Assembly: GCA_034428375.1 (NCBI GenBank) | Contig: DAOUHT010000140.1 | Coordinates: 5,654 to 69,653, forward strand | DNA length: 64,000 nucleotides | Origin: Dehalococcoidia bacterium | GTDB taxonomy: Bacteria; Chloroflexota; Dehalococcoidia; Lucifugimonadales; Australimonadaceae | Direction of reading: 5' to 3' | Shown here: piece after piece, positions 34,383 through 44,144 of the stretch | Numbering within the stretch: position 1 is the first letter of the stretch | Layout: every line of letters starts with the position of its first letter | Made by a program: the position numbers and the translations under genes | The notes under the pieces: generated by a model | What the model was told of the DNA's origin: nothing | Database searches by the model: none | What the model saw: the letters and a program-made list of their open reading frames with translations, nothing else

Positions 34383-35615
34383 ATGCAGAACACTGACATA
34401 ACGCAGACCTCTGCCCTGACGGGTGAGGGTAGCCTTGATGGCATCATCCTTCCATCCGATTACTTCCCGCAGGTCGAGAAGGCGCTGGTGCACGACCGTG
34501 AGCGAGCTTCCACCTACTTCAAGCACACCCTCATCGGCGACCCCTTGGCGGACGAGATGCTGGAAGAATGCTCCTCGCTTGAGCGAGCCGAACTGTACCT
34601 CTTCGTCCAGGCGGGAATGGACGGCGACAAGGCCGCTCTGGCCGACGCTCCTGCTGCACTGCGGGAGTTCTTCGAGCAGGTAGATTCCCTTCCGGACTGG
34701 TTCCGCGAGACAGACCCTATGCCGGGCATCCGGAGCTTCCACCGGACCTCCTCTCTGATCCTGGGAGCAATGGTCAGTGGCGTTCTGGTAGAGGGTTTCA
34801 CGACGAATATCAGCAAGTCGTTCTTCTTGAGCGGGCGGCTGCGGGACCAGGGCGTCAGGCGGCTCAAGCAGAACAACCGGCACATGCTGGAGATTTTCAT
34901 GCCCGGTGGCATGGACAGGCTGGGCGACGGCTTCAAACTGTCCCTTCGCATCCGGCTGGTGCACGCGCATATCCGCCGTCTGCTCAAGGATTCGGGAGAC
35001 TGGGACGAGGTGGCGTGGGGAGTGCCGGTCAACGCCGCGCACCTGGGATTCGCCATCGCCGCGTTCTCGGCGCGGCTGCTCCACCATGCCAAGAGACTGG
35101 GCGCCCAGTTCAACGATGAAGAAAGCGCGAGTTTCATGCAGGTATGGCGGCGGTCAGGGTATGTCATGGGCATCCCCGAGACGATGCTCTACCACGACGA
35201 GGCCGACGCGTTGAGGACGTTCGAGGTCGGCCGGATGTGCGAGCCTCCCATCGAGCTCGAATCTATCGCAATGGCGAACGCGCTGGAAAACTCGGCGCCG
35301 GTGGTCGTAGGAATCACAGACCCTTCCCAGCGGCGCAGCCTGGCGAAGTACGTCTACAAGGTATCCGGCGCGCTCATCGGCAAGGAGATGGCAGCCGCCC
35401 TGCGGTATCCCAAGCGCAACACGTTCGGCTTCCTCCCGCTATTCCGATTGGATGTCCGGTGCAAGCGCCTGATGGCCAGGCTCTTCCCGAATTACGCCGC
35501 CCGGATGAAGCAGAACGACTTCACCGGTATGCTCGCCGTGTCGGCGTACGACGAGGCGGGGCTCACCTATGGATGGCCCGACAACGTCTACGCAGAACTA
35601 TCGAGCCGGTGGTAA
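34383..35615 (+). CDS. MpaB/DUF2236 family oxygenase-like protein (paralog 1)
   Basis: The 410-aa ORF has conserved blocks IRSFHRTSSLILGAMVSGVLVEGF...RLKQNNRHMLEIF...GFKLSLRIRLVHAHIRRLL, which I recognise as DUF2236-like. Confidence 0.7.
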   Translation: MQNTDITQTSALTGEGSLDGIILPSDYFPQVEKALVHDRERASTYFKHTLIGDPLADEMLEECSSLERAELYLFVQAGMDGDKAALADAPAALREFFEQVDSLPDWFRETDPMPGIRSFHRTSSLILGAMVSGVLVEGFTTNISKSFFLSGRLRDQGVRRLKQNNRHMLEIFMPGGMDRLGDGFKLSLRIRLVHAHIRRLLKDSGDWDEVAWGVPVNAAHLGFAIAAFSARLLHHAKRLGAQFNDEESASFMQVWRRSGYVMGIPETMLYHDEADALRTFEVGRMCEPPIELESIAMANALENSAPVVVGITDPSQRRSLAKYVYKVSGALIGKEMAAALRYPKRNTFGFLPLFRLDVRCKRLMARLFPNYAARMKQNDFTGMLAVSAYDEAGLTYGWPDNVYAELSSRW

Positions 35616-35833
35616 GGCGTGTGAGCGCTGGACTGTGTTGTTCAGGTCTACCCATCAGCACAGACGAACAAGGACACCCCCTGAAGGACGTGGAGTGCTT
35701 GAACTGACCTGTATCCCAGTCATATTGACGGGTGAACTGAGCGTACCTATACTCCGAAATGGTTGGGATGCGGGGCGAGGCTTCGAAAAGTAGTCGGGTA
35801 GTATCGAAACACGAGAAGTAGGTGAGGCTGTAA

Positions 35834-37060
35834 GTGGCGTTGAATGGCTTGCACTTTACGGATAACGGACAGTTGATGTTCGATGATATCATCTTACCAA
35901 CAGACTATATCGTTAATGCAGAAAAGACACTTAAATATGACTATGAACGCACAGCCAATTATCTAAAACATACGCTCATAGGCGACCCGGAAGTCGACCA
36001 GATGTTGGAAGAATGCGCCTCCCTGGAACGCGCAGATATGCAACGGTTCATCCACGCAGGCATGGAGCAGGACGAGGATGTCCTTGCTAAAGCCCCGTCC
36101 GTCATGCGGGAGTTCTTCAAGAGCTTGGAATCTCCCCCTGACTGGTTTGATATCGAAGCCACCCGCCCGGGCATCCGGAGCTTCCACCGGAATTCGCCAC
36201 TCATACTCGGCGGCATGGTTGGCGGCGTGCTCGTGGAAGGGTTCGCCACCAACATCAGCAAGTCGTTCTTCCTGACGGGCCGGATCCGGGACCAGGGCGT
36301 CCGGCGGCTGAAGCAGAACAACCGGCACATGCTGGAGATATTCTTGCCCGGTGGGCTGGACAGGCAAGGCGACGGTTTCAAGCTCTCGGTTCGCATCCGG
36401 CTGGTGCATGCGCAGGTCCGCCGCCTGTTCAACCTGTCGCGGGAATGGGAACACGAGGCCTGGGGCGTGCCGGTGAGCGCCGCGCACTGTGGTTGGGCGC
36501 TCAGCGCATTCTCGGCGCGCCTGCTGTATCACGCGACCAGGTTAGGCGCCAGGTTCGATGCGGAAGAGCGTGCGAGTTTCATGCAGGTCTGGCGGTATTC
36601 CGGTTATCTCATGGGCATCCCTGACACCATCCTTCTGGAGGATGAACAGGACGCTCTCGCTCTGTTCAGGGTTGGGCTCATGTGCGAGCCTCCTCCGGGT
36701 CTCGAATCGGTCGTAATGGCGAACGCACTGATCAATGCCGCTCCACTCGTGATCGGACAGGCGGAGCCGGAACAACGGCGCGGACTGGCGAAGTACGTCT
36801 ACCACGTATCCGGCGCCTTGATCGGCAAAGAGATGGCACGCGCCTTGAGCTACCCCAATACGCAGACCTGGGGCGTACTTCCGTTGTTCCGCATGGACGT
36901 GCGGTACAAGCAGTTGATGGGGAAGCTCTTCCCGAAGCGTGCGGGCCGCATGAGGTCGAACGACTTCACCGGCCTGCTCGGGGCGTCTGCGTACGATGAC
37001 GTTGGGATCAGCTACGCAACGCCTGACCAAGCTCATGCGGAGGAGTCGGCGTTCTGGTAG
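35834..37060 (+). CDS. MpaB/DUF2236 family oxygenase-like protein (paralog 2)
   Basis: The 408-aa ORF is colinear with paralog 1 (IRSFHRNSPLILGGMVGGVLVEGF...RLKQNNRHMLEIF...GFKLSVRIRLVHAQVRRLF). It has a GTG start, and its 5' ~150 nt are visibly AT-rich. Confidence 0.7.
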   Translation: MALNGLHFTDNGQLMFDDIILPTDYIVNAEKTLKYDYERTANYLKHTLIGDPEVDQMLEECASLERADMQRFIHAGMEQDEDVLAKAPSVMREFFKSLESPPDWFDIEATRPGIRSFHRNSPLILGGMVGGVLVEGFATNISKSFFLTGRIRDQGVRRLKQNNRHMLEIFLPGGLDRQGDGFKLSVRIRLVHAQVRRLFNLSREWEHEAWGVPVSAAHCGWALSAFSARLLYHATRLGARFDAEERASFMQVWRYSGYLMGIPDTILLEDEQDALALFRVGLMCEPPPGLESVVMANALINAAPLVIGQAEPEQRRGLAKYVYHVSGALIGKEMARALSYPNTQTWGVLPLFRMDVRYKQLMGKLFPKRAGRMRSNDFTGLLGASAYDDVGISYATPDQAHAEESAFW

Positions 37061-37077
37061 GGGCTCCCTTCCGGTCC

Positions 37078-37638
37078 CTACCGCCGCACCTTCGCCCACG
37101 CCACTACCAGCACGCCCAGCGCTGCGAGTCCGCCCATCAGCCACAGGTCCAACCCGGTGACGATTCCCAGCACGGCGTAGAGCGTTAGTCCGATCCCCGC
37201 TCCCACGCCCGTGTTCCGCAGGATGAAGATCATCGCAACCCCGAGCGCCATCGACGGGAGCGCGATGATCCACGCAACCCCGAAACATCCGCCCGCGAGC
37301 GTTGCGAGACCCACGCCGCCCGGCAGCCGCGACAACCCCAGCAGCGGCCAGTTGTGTCCCGCCATAGCCGCGGCGAGCGCAGGCAGAGCGAGAGCATCCT
37401 CCGCGCCGATGGCGTTCGCCAGAGCAACGGCCGCCGCCCCCTTGCCTGCGTCCCCCACGAACACAAGTACTCCCCACTGACGCCCGACCTGCCGGAAGAC
37501 GTTGGCCGTCCCCGCTATCCGCGTATCCACATCACCGATGGCGATGCCCTTCCGCCGTGCGGCAAGGTACGCCCACGGGAGCGAACCGAGCAGATAACCG
37601 GCGACGATGGAGACCGCAACCGCAGCATAGACCGGCAT
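37078..37638 (-). CDS. plsY: PlsY-like glycerol-3-phosphate acyltransferase (divergent)
   Basis: AGYLLGSLPWAYLAARRKGIAIGD...GTANVFRQVGRQWGVLVFVGDAGKGAAAV. The 186-aa ORF is multi-TM. The canonical GSGNxGATN block is degenerate. Confidence 0.65.
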   Translation of the reverse strand: MPVYAAVAVSIVAGYLLGSLPWAYLAARRKGIAIGDVDTRIAGTANVFRQVGRQWGVLVFVGDAGKGAAAVALANAIGAEDALALPALAAAMAGHNWPLLGLSRLPGGVGLATLAGGCFGVAWIIALPSMALGVAMIFILRNTGVGAGIGLTLYAVLGIVTGLDLWLMGGLAALGVLVVAWAKVRR

Positions 37639-37756
37639 GGGCGTAGTCTAGCGCACGCCCAAGCGTTTCCTGGCGGCGCTGCGGAGGAGCGCACTGCCCG
37701 TCGCGTGCGGCCTGTGGTAGTCTCCGACCGCTAATCCCTACTGACACAGGACCGAG

Positions 37757-39811
37757 ATGAAGGCTATCGCAGTAGACACTGGCGGCACGTTCACGGACAT
37801 GGTCATTCTGGACCAGGACACCGGCGCCCTCTCGGTGCTGAAACTTCCATCCACGCCCGACGAGCCCGGCAGGGCCATCATCGACGGCATCCGCGAGACC
37901 TTCGTCAATGGCGTCGCCCCCGCCGACGTGCTCTCCCTCTCCCACGGCACCACAGTCGGCACAAATGCACTGCTCACTGGCGCGGGCGCGCACGTGGGCC
38001 TGTTTGTTACCGAGGGATTCGGCGCCATCAACGACGTCTGGCATCTCGCGCCCAGCGAGGACTCCTCGCGTGCCACGAGCGTCTACGTGGAGAAGAAGCC
38101 CCCCGTCCTCCCGCGCTACCGCCGCGAGGCGAAGGAGCGCGTGAACTACAAGGGCGAGGCCGTCATTCCGCTGGACGAGGACGCCGCCGTTGAAGCGGTG
38201 CGCTCCCTCGGACGCCGGGGCGTCGAGTCCATCGCCGTTGTGCTGCTCTTCTCGTTCCTGAACCCGGCCCACGAGGAGCGCATCGCCGAGATCATCGAAC
38301 GCGAACTCCCGGGAACGACCGTCTCGATCTCCTCGAAGGTGCTTCCCCAGATGCGCGAGTTCCCACGCCTCAGCACGACGGTCGCGAACGCCTACATATC
38401 GCCGAAGATGGGCACGTACCTCGCTACCCTGGAGGAGCGCATCCGCGCCGAGAAGGTCACGAGCGACGCCCTTTACGTTATGCAGAGCAACGGCGGCGTC
38501 GCCCGCATCGGCAGCGTCACGCCGGTAACGACCGTCCTCTCCGGCCCATGCGCCGGAGCCATGGCTGCGATGGCCGTCGCGTCAACCGCAGGGTTCGACA
38601 ATGTCGTATCGCTGGACATGGGAGGCACGAGTACGGACATCGCCCTTGGCCAGCAGGGGCGCGTCCTCGAGACGACGAGCGGACGCATCGGCGACTGGGA
38701 GCTCGCGGTCCCCATGCTCATGATCAACACCATCGGTGCGGGCGGCGGCACCATTGCAACCGTCGAATCCGGCGGCGGACTGCGCGTCGGCCCGGAGAGC
38801 GCCGGCGCCGACCCCGGCCCCGTGGCCTACGGCAAGGGAGGCGTGCAGCCGACCGTTACCGACGCGAACCTCGTGCTCGGTTTCCTCAACCCGGAGTCGA
38901 AGCTCGCCGGACGCGTGAGCCTCGACCGCGACGGTGCCGAGCGCGCCATCGCGGAGATGGCCGGACGGCTTGGACTCGGCACGCTGGAGACGGCAGAGGG
39001 CATCATCCGCATCATCAACGCCAAGATGGAGGAGGGCATCCGTGCCGTCTCCACCGAGCAAGGCTACGACCTCCGCGATTTCGTCCTCGTGGCCTTCGGC
39101 GGAGCAGGGCCGGTGCCGTCGGGCAGACTGGCTGCCGACCTCAAGATGTCGAAGGTCATCGTCCCGCCCGCACCCGGCGTCACCTCGGCGCTTGGCCTGC
39201 TCATGGCCGACCCCCGCCACGACTACGTCCGCTCCCGCCTTCGCCTCATGTCCGAAATGGACGCAACCGAACTGACCGCCACCATGCAGGACCTCCGTGC
39301 GCAGGCTGAAGTCGAGTTCACGTCCGAGGGCTATGCGCTGGACCAGCTAGTGCTGGAGTTCGGCATAGACGTCCGCTACCTCGGCCAGGGCTACGAGCTC
39401 ACGATACCGCTGGGATCGGAGAGCGAAGTCTCGCAGCAGGACGTAGCCACCGCGCGAACGCGCTTCGACGCGATGCACGAGCAGATGTTCGGCCACGCCG
39501 CGGCGGACGAGGAGGCCGAGGCTGTCAACTACAGGCTGCGCGCCTCCGCCATCGTTCCCAAGGCAACGCTCAAGCGGCAGGCGCACGCCGACACCGACGC
39601 ACGGGTCGCGCGCGTCGGCGAGCGGGACGTCTGCTTCGACAGCGCGCAGGGCTTGGTGCCCTGTCCCGTCTACGACCGCTCCCTCCTCGCTCCCAACCAC
39701 CGCTTCGACGGCCCCGCAATCGTTGACCAATTGGATTCGACAACCGTCGTCTACCCCGGCCAGCGCGCCCTCGTGGACGACTACCTGAACATCATCATCG
39801 ACGTGACCTAG
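37757..39811 (+). CDS. hyuA: hydantoinase/oxoprolinase family protein, A subunit
   Basis: MKAIAVDTGGTFTDMVIL...SHGTTVGTNALL...SLDMGGTSTDIAL... Confidence 0.9.
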   Translation: MKAIAVDTGGTFTDMVILDQDTGALSVLKLPSTPDEPGRAIIDGIRETFVNGVAPADVLSLSHGTTVGTNALLTGAGAHVGLFVTEGFGAINDVWHLAPSEDSSRATSVYVEKKPPVLPRYRREAKERVNYKGEAVIPLDEDAAVEAVRSLGRRGVESIAVVLLFSFLNPAHEERIAEIIERELPGTTVSISSKVLPQMREFPRLSTTVANAYISPKMGTYLATLEERIRAEKVTSDALYVMQSNGGVARIGSVTPVTTVLSGPCAGAMAAMAVASTAGFDNVVSLDMGGTSTDIALGQQGRVLETTSGRIGDWELAVPMLMINTIGAGGGTIATVESGGGLRVGPESAGADPGPVAYGKGGVQPTVTDANLVLGFLNPESKLAGRVSLDRDGAERAIAEMAGRLGLGTLETAEGIIRIINAKMEEGIRAVSTEQGYDLRDFVLVAFGGAGPVPSGRLAADLKMSKVIVPPAPGVTSALGLLMADPRHDYVRSRLRLMSEMDATELTATMQDLRAQAEVEFTSEGYALDQLVLEFGIDVRYLGQGYELTIPLGSESEVSQQDVATARTRFDAMHEQMFGHAAADEEAEAVNYRLRASAIVPKATLKRQAHADTDARVARVGERDVCFDSAQGLVPCPVYDRSLLAPNHRFDGPAIVDQLDSTTVVYPGQRALVDDYLNIIIDVT

Positions 39812-39823
39812 GGAGGTTCCGCC

Positions 39824-41509
39824 ATGGCACGCGTAGACCCCATCACCTACGAGGTCCTCAGGGCACGGCTGGACGGCATCGTCCGCGAGATGGAGAAGGC
39901 CGTCTTCCGCACCGGCTACTCCACCATCGTCCGCGAGTCGCACGACTTCAGCTGCGGCGTGCTTGACAGGCAGGGGCGGCTCGTCGGCCAGTCGTTCCAC
40001 CCCGGACACATGGCCGCCTACCCGGAGTCGATCAAGGGGCTGCTGCAGTTCTACAGCCTCGACGAGATGGCCGAAGGCGACGCCTTCCTTGCGAATCACC
40101 CCTACTACAGCGGGTGCCCTCATGCCAACGACATGGTCATCATGACGCCCATCTTCTACGAGAACGAGGTCATCGGCTTCGCCGCGAGCATGGGCCACAC
40201 GCCCGACATCGGCGGCGTTTCCGCCGGCAGCCGCAACGCCACCTCCCGCGACATCTTCGGCGAGGGTCTGCAGATCATGCCCGTGCGCTACATGCGCAAC
40301 TACGAACTTGTGCAGGACACCGCGTCGTTCGTGCGCGCCAACAGCCGCGTGCCGGAGATGATGATTGGCGACCTCTCCGCCAAGGCCGGCGTCTGCTTCA
40401 CCATCGGCGAGGAGCGTGTGAAAGACGCCCTCCGCACCTACGGCAAAGAGACGCTCCTCCAGATGTTCGAGGACCTCGGCGAGCGCACGGAGCAGCAGGC
40501 CCGCGAGTACATCTCCCATTGGAAGGACGGCGTCAGCGAGTCCGAGACCTGGGTGGACGACCCCTCGAACCCCGGCAAGCCCATCCGCCTCCACGCAGCC
40601 GCCATCAAGGAGGGCGACCGGCTCATCGTCGACTTCACCGCCACCGGCGACCAGGCCGCAGCCCCCATCAACGTGCGCGAACCGTTCATCCGTGGCCTCG
40701 TCTACAACGGCGTCATCTGCATGACCGACCCCTACCTGCCCATCAACCACGGACTCGCGAACGCCATCGAATGCCGTTTTCGGCCGGGCAGCATCATCTC
40801 GCCGGAGTTCCCGGGCCCCGTCGGCTTCTACTCCAAGACCATGGCCATCGCTGAGAGCGTCATCATGACCGCCGTCGCGAAGGCTGCCGGACAGCCCACG
40901 CTTGCGCACGGCTCCACGCAGAGCTCCATCGTCATCGGCTACCAGGGCGACGGCGACCGCCAGTACGTGCAGTACGAGCTGATGTACGCCGGCGCCCGCG
41001 CATTCGACGGCGGCGACGGCTTCTCCGGCGTTGGCGCGCGCGCCAGCGGCGGACGCTTCACGAGCGTCGAGATCATCGAGTCCGAGTTCCCCGTCGACAT
41101 GACGCGCTTCGAGGTGCTCCCCGACACCGGCGGCGACGGCAAGTCGCGCGGCGGCCCCGGCTACGTGCGCGAGTACAAGGTCCGCTCCGGCGGCCGTCTC
41201 TCCGGCGGCGCAGCCAAGCGCGAGGCCGCGGGCATGGAGGGCGGCGGCAACGGCTCGAACGCCTACGTCGTCGTGCACCCCGGAACCGACCGCGAGGAGC
41301 GCTACCCCGGCATCGCCTCCAACCTCGGCATGCAGCCCGGCGAGGTCTTCAGCATCGAGACGGGCGGTGGCGGCGGCGTCCTGCCCCCCGCCGAGCGAGA
41401 CCGCGAACTGGTCAAGGGCGACATCCAGGACGGCCTCATCACCCCGCAGAAAGCGATGGAGGTCTACGGCCTCACCGAGGCGGAGGTTGCCGAAGCCCTG
41501 GCGGACTGA
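39824..41509 (+). CDS. hyuB: hydantoinase B/oxoprolinase family protein
   Basis: DPITYEVLRARLDGIVREMEKAVFRTGYSTIVRESHDFSCGVLD...HPYYSGCPHANDMVIMTPIF. Confidence 0.9.
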   Translation: MARVDPITYEVLRARLDGIVREMEKAVFRTGYSTIVRESHDFSCGVLDRQGRLVGQSFHPGHMAAYPESIKGLLQFYSLDEMAEGDAFLANHPYYSGCPHANDMVIMTPIFYENEVIGFAASMGHTPDIGGVSAGSRNATSRDIFGEGLQIMPVRYMRNYELVQDTASFVRANSRVPEMMIGDLSAKAGVCFTIGEERVKDALRTYGKETLLQMFEDLGERTEQQAREYISHWKDGVSESETWVDDPSNPGKPIRLHAAAIKEGDRLIVDFTATGDQAAAPINVREPFIRGLVYNGVICMTDPYLPINHGLANAIECRFRPGSIISPEFPGPVGFYSKTMAIAESVIMTAVAKAAGQPTLAHGSTQSSIVIGYQGDGDRQYVQYELMYAGARAFDGGDGFSGVGARASGGRFTSVEIIESEFPVDMTRFEVLPDTGGDGKSRGGPGYVREYKVRSGGRLSGGAAKREAAGMEGGGNGSNAYVVVHPGTDREERYPGIASNLGMQPGEVFSIETGGGGGVLPPAERDRELVKGDIQDGLITPQKAMEVYGLTEAEVAEALAD

Positions 41510-41937
41510 GTCGGAAGCAAAACTGCAACTGGTATCACGGTCAACGTACGCGCTTCAGTTCTTTCAGCGCAGGCAGAAATCTCGTTGGCAAGTTCCAACG
41601 ACTTCTCCGCGAGGCTGGCCCAGGTGCTGACTCGGTGCCGCTTGAATACTGCCCGAGTCCTGCGATGCTGCGGGTTTGTGTAATAGTCGGCTTGGACGCG
41701 CAGTTCTCGCAGTTCATCAAGCCTGCGGGATAACCGCGCATCAGGGATGGCATCGATGACTGCCCTGTGCATCGACTCGGTGGCCCTCATACTGCCCCCA
41801 TCACTACCGAACAGGTTGTCGCGTGCCATCAAGAAGCAGGAGTAGTAGGCGCGGCTCGCCGCGCACCGGTAGTCCTCCTCCTCGCCGTGTTGAACGAGAC
41901 GAGAGGCAAGCGCAAGGAATCGTTCGGGGTCGAACAT
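41464..41937 (-). CDS. HEPN domain-like protein
   Basis: The ORF appears all-helical. ASRAYYSCFLMARDNLF...LDELRELRVQADYYT resembles the HEPN (PF05168-type) R..aDY block. It lies in a locally low-GC segment, and its C-terminal ~40 aa run antisense into the hyuB 3' end. Confidence 0.55.
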   Translation of the reverse strand: MFDPERFLALASRLVQHGEEEDYRCAASRAYYSCFLMARDNLFGSDGGSMRATESMHRAVIDAIPDARLSRRLDELRELRVQADYYTNPQHRRTRAVFKRHRVSTWASLAEKSLELANEISACAERTEARTLTVIPVAVLLPTQSARASATSASVRP

Positions 41938-41946
41938 GAAGGGGCG

Positions 41947-42300
41947 TCAGTCGGTCCAGTTGAAGAAGAGTCGCATCCCGCGCAGCGCTGTCTTCCGGCT
42001 CTTCGCCTCGAGACCCTCTGCCCACTGCTGATAGTCATCTTCGACCTCATCCCAGAAGGCAAAGACCTGCCTGGAAGTGCCCGCGGTGTCCACGACGATG
42101 ATTACCTGAGGATGTTCTTCAAGCATGTCGTCGCCTACGTCCAGATAGGCGCCTTCGACGGGGAATCCCTCTGCCAGCGCCTTAGCACGCACAATCGCCC
42201 ACGCTTCGTCGGCCAGCCGCCGCACTGTCGGCGTCAGCGCCCGGTGCCGCATCGAACCATCGAGCGGCGTGTCCGCAGAGATCGTGGGATGAGCGACCAT
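41947..42300 (-). CDS. hypothetical protein, upstream partner of the HEPN-like gene
   Basis: This 117-aa ORF ends 9 nt upstream of the HEPN-like start. No canonical GSxxxG / DxD nucleotidyltransferase motif was seen. Confidence 0.45.
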   Translation of the reverse strand: MVAHPTISADTPLDGSMRHRALTPTVRRLADEAWAIVRAKALAEGFPVEGAYLDVGDDMLEEHPQVIIVVDTAGTSRQVFAFWDEVEDDYQQWAEGLEAKSRKTALRGMRLFFNWTD

Positions 42301-42422
42301 CCTCGTGTTACCTCCTGCACCCTGGGCAAGCGGCCGGGCAGCGGCCTGACAGGTCGGATGCCAAGCCCCAAAGGGCGCGACACCAGTGTACTATACCCCC
42401 AACGCTCCAGCGGAGGTGTGCG

Positions 42423-44141
42423 ATGGCGTTCGATCTGCTCATCAAGGGCGGCCTCGTGGTGGACGGCACGGGCGATTCCCCGCAGGTTGCCGACGTCGGC
42501 ATCGTGGACGGCCGCGTCGCCGCCGTGGGGCAGTTGGACGGCCCCGCGTCGCGCGAGATCGACGCCAGCGGCTGCGTCGTCACCCCCGGCTTCATCGACC
42601 ACCACACCCACTACGACGGGCAGGTGACGTTCGACCCGCTCTGCACCTTCTCCTGCTACAACGGCGTCACGACCGTCGTCAGCGGCAACTGCTCCCTGAC
42701 GCTCGCGCCCGTGCGCGAGGGCGACGAGCCCGCGCTCGCCGGGATGCTCGCGAAGGTCGAGGCCATCCCCTACGACGTGCTGATGAACGGCGTGCCGTGG
42801 GGTTGGCGCACGTTCGGCGACTACCTTGGCTCGCTCGACAGCAACCTCGGCATCAACTACGGCGTGATGGTCGGTCACTCCGCGGTCCGCCGCTGGGTCA
42901 TGGGCGCCGACTCCCAGGAACGCGAGGCCACCGGCGACGAGATCGAGGCGATACAGGCCGCGGTGCGCGACAGCGTCGAGGCAGGCGCTCTCGGCATATC
43001 GTTCGACCGCAATCCTCGGCACGCTGGCATGGACGGCAAGCTCCTCCCTGCGAACGTCGCCTCCATCGACGAGTTGTACGCCGTCGCTGGCGCGCTGCGC
43101 GACCTCGACACCGGCGTCATCCAGGTCGGCGACCCGACGGACCTCGAGCTGACCGAAGGCATCTGCACGAAGATGTCGGAGATCAGCGGTCGTCCCGTGA
43201 CCTACCTCTCCATCACGCAGAGCGTGCTGCGCCCGGACAAGTGGCGGGAGCACCTCGCTCACCTCGCGGATGTCGCTGCGTCCAGCGCAGCCCGCATCTA
43301 CCCGCAGATCAACCCGCGCCCCGGCCTGCGCTTCTTCCAGATGGACAGCGCGGAGTTCTTCAACTTCATGCCCACCTGGAAGCGCATCATGAACAGCAGC
43401 ACCGAGGAGCGCGTCGCAGCGTTCGCCGACGCCTCTCTCCGCCCGCAGCTCGCGAAGGAGGTCGCGGAGCGCAGCGACACCACCGCGCTCGGCTTCTCCG
43501 GGCGGTGGGACCACGTCGTCATCGTCAAACCTGCGCTGGAGAAGAACAAGGGCCTGGCGGGCATGACCGCCGCCGAACTCGGCACGCAGCGCGGCATCAG
43601 CCCCATGGACGCCTTCCTCGACCTCGCCGTCGAGGAGGAGATGAAGACGTGGTGCGCGCGCAACCAGCAGAACAACGATGACGATGCGATGGCCGCCATC
43701 CTCAACGATGAGCACACGCTCATTGGCCTGTCGGACTCCGGCGCGCACGTCGTGCGGGAAGGCGGCTACGGCTACGGCGTCCACTTCCTCAGCCACTGGG
43801 TGCGCGACAAGGGCATCATGCCGGTAGAGGAGGGCGTGCGCCGCCTCACCTCGTTCCCCGCTGACGTCTTCGGCACGCCGGGACGCGGCAGGCTCACCCC
43901 CGGTTGCAAGGCCGACGTGCTCGTGATGGACTACGAGAACCTCGGCCTCGACCCTTCCGAAGAGGCCTACGACCTCCCCGGCGGCTCCATGCGGCTCAAG
44001 CAGGTTGCGCACGGCATCCCCTACACCATCGTCAACGGGCAGGTGCTGCTCGAGGACGGAGTGCACACCGGCGCGCTTCCCGGCCACGTCGTCCGCAACT
44101 CGCGGTACGAGGCGAAGAACGGGAACGGAGCGGCGGGCTAG
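42423..44141 (+). CDS. N-acyl-D-amino-acid deacylase (D-aminoacylase) family amidohydrolase
   Basis: MAFDLLIKGGLVVDGTGDSPQVADVGIVDGRVAAVG...VVTPGFIDHHTHYDGQ...LSDSGAH. Confidence 0.85.
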   Translation: MAFDLLIKGGLVVDGTGDSPQVADVGIVDGRVAAVGQLDGPASREIDASGCVVTPGFIDHHTHYDGQVTFDPLCTFSCYNGVTTVVSGNCSLTLAPVREGDEPALAGMLAKVEAIPYDVLMNGVPWGWRTFGDYLGSLDSNLGINYGVMVGHSAVRRWVMGADSQEREATGDEIEAIQAAVRDSVEAGALGISFDRNPRHAGMDGKLLPANVASIDELYAVAGALRDLDTGVIQVGDPTDLELTEGICTKMSEISGRPVTYLSITQSVLRPDKWREHLAHLADVAASSAARIYPQINPRPGLRFFQMDSAEFFNFMPTWKRIMNSSTEERVAAFADASLRPQLAKEVAERSDTTALGFSGRWDHVVIVKPALEKNKGLAGMTAAELGTQRGISPMDAFLDLAVEEEMKTWCARNQQNNDDDAMAAILNDEHTLIGLSDSGAHVVREGGYGYGVHFLSHWVRDKGIMPVEEGVRRLTSFPADVFGTPGRGRLTPGCKADVLVMDYENLGLDPSEEAYDLPGGSMRLKQVAHGIPYTIVNGQVLLEDGVHTGALPGHVVRNSRYEAKNGNGAAG

Positions 44142-44144
44142 ATT

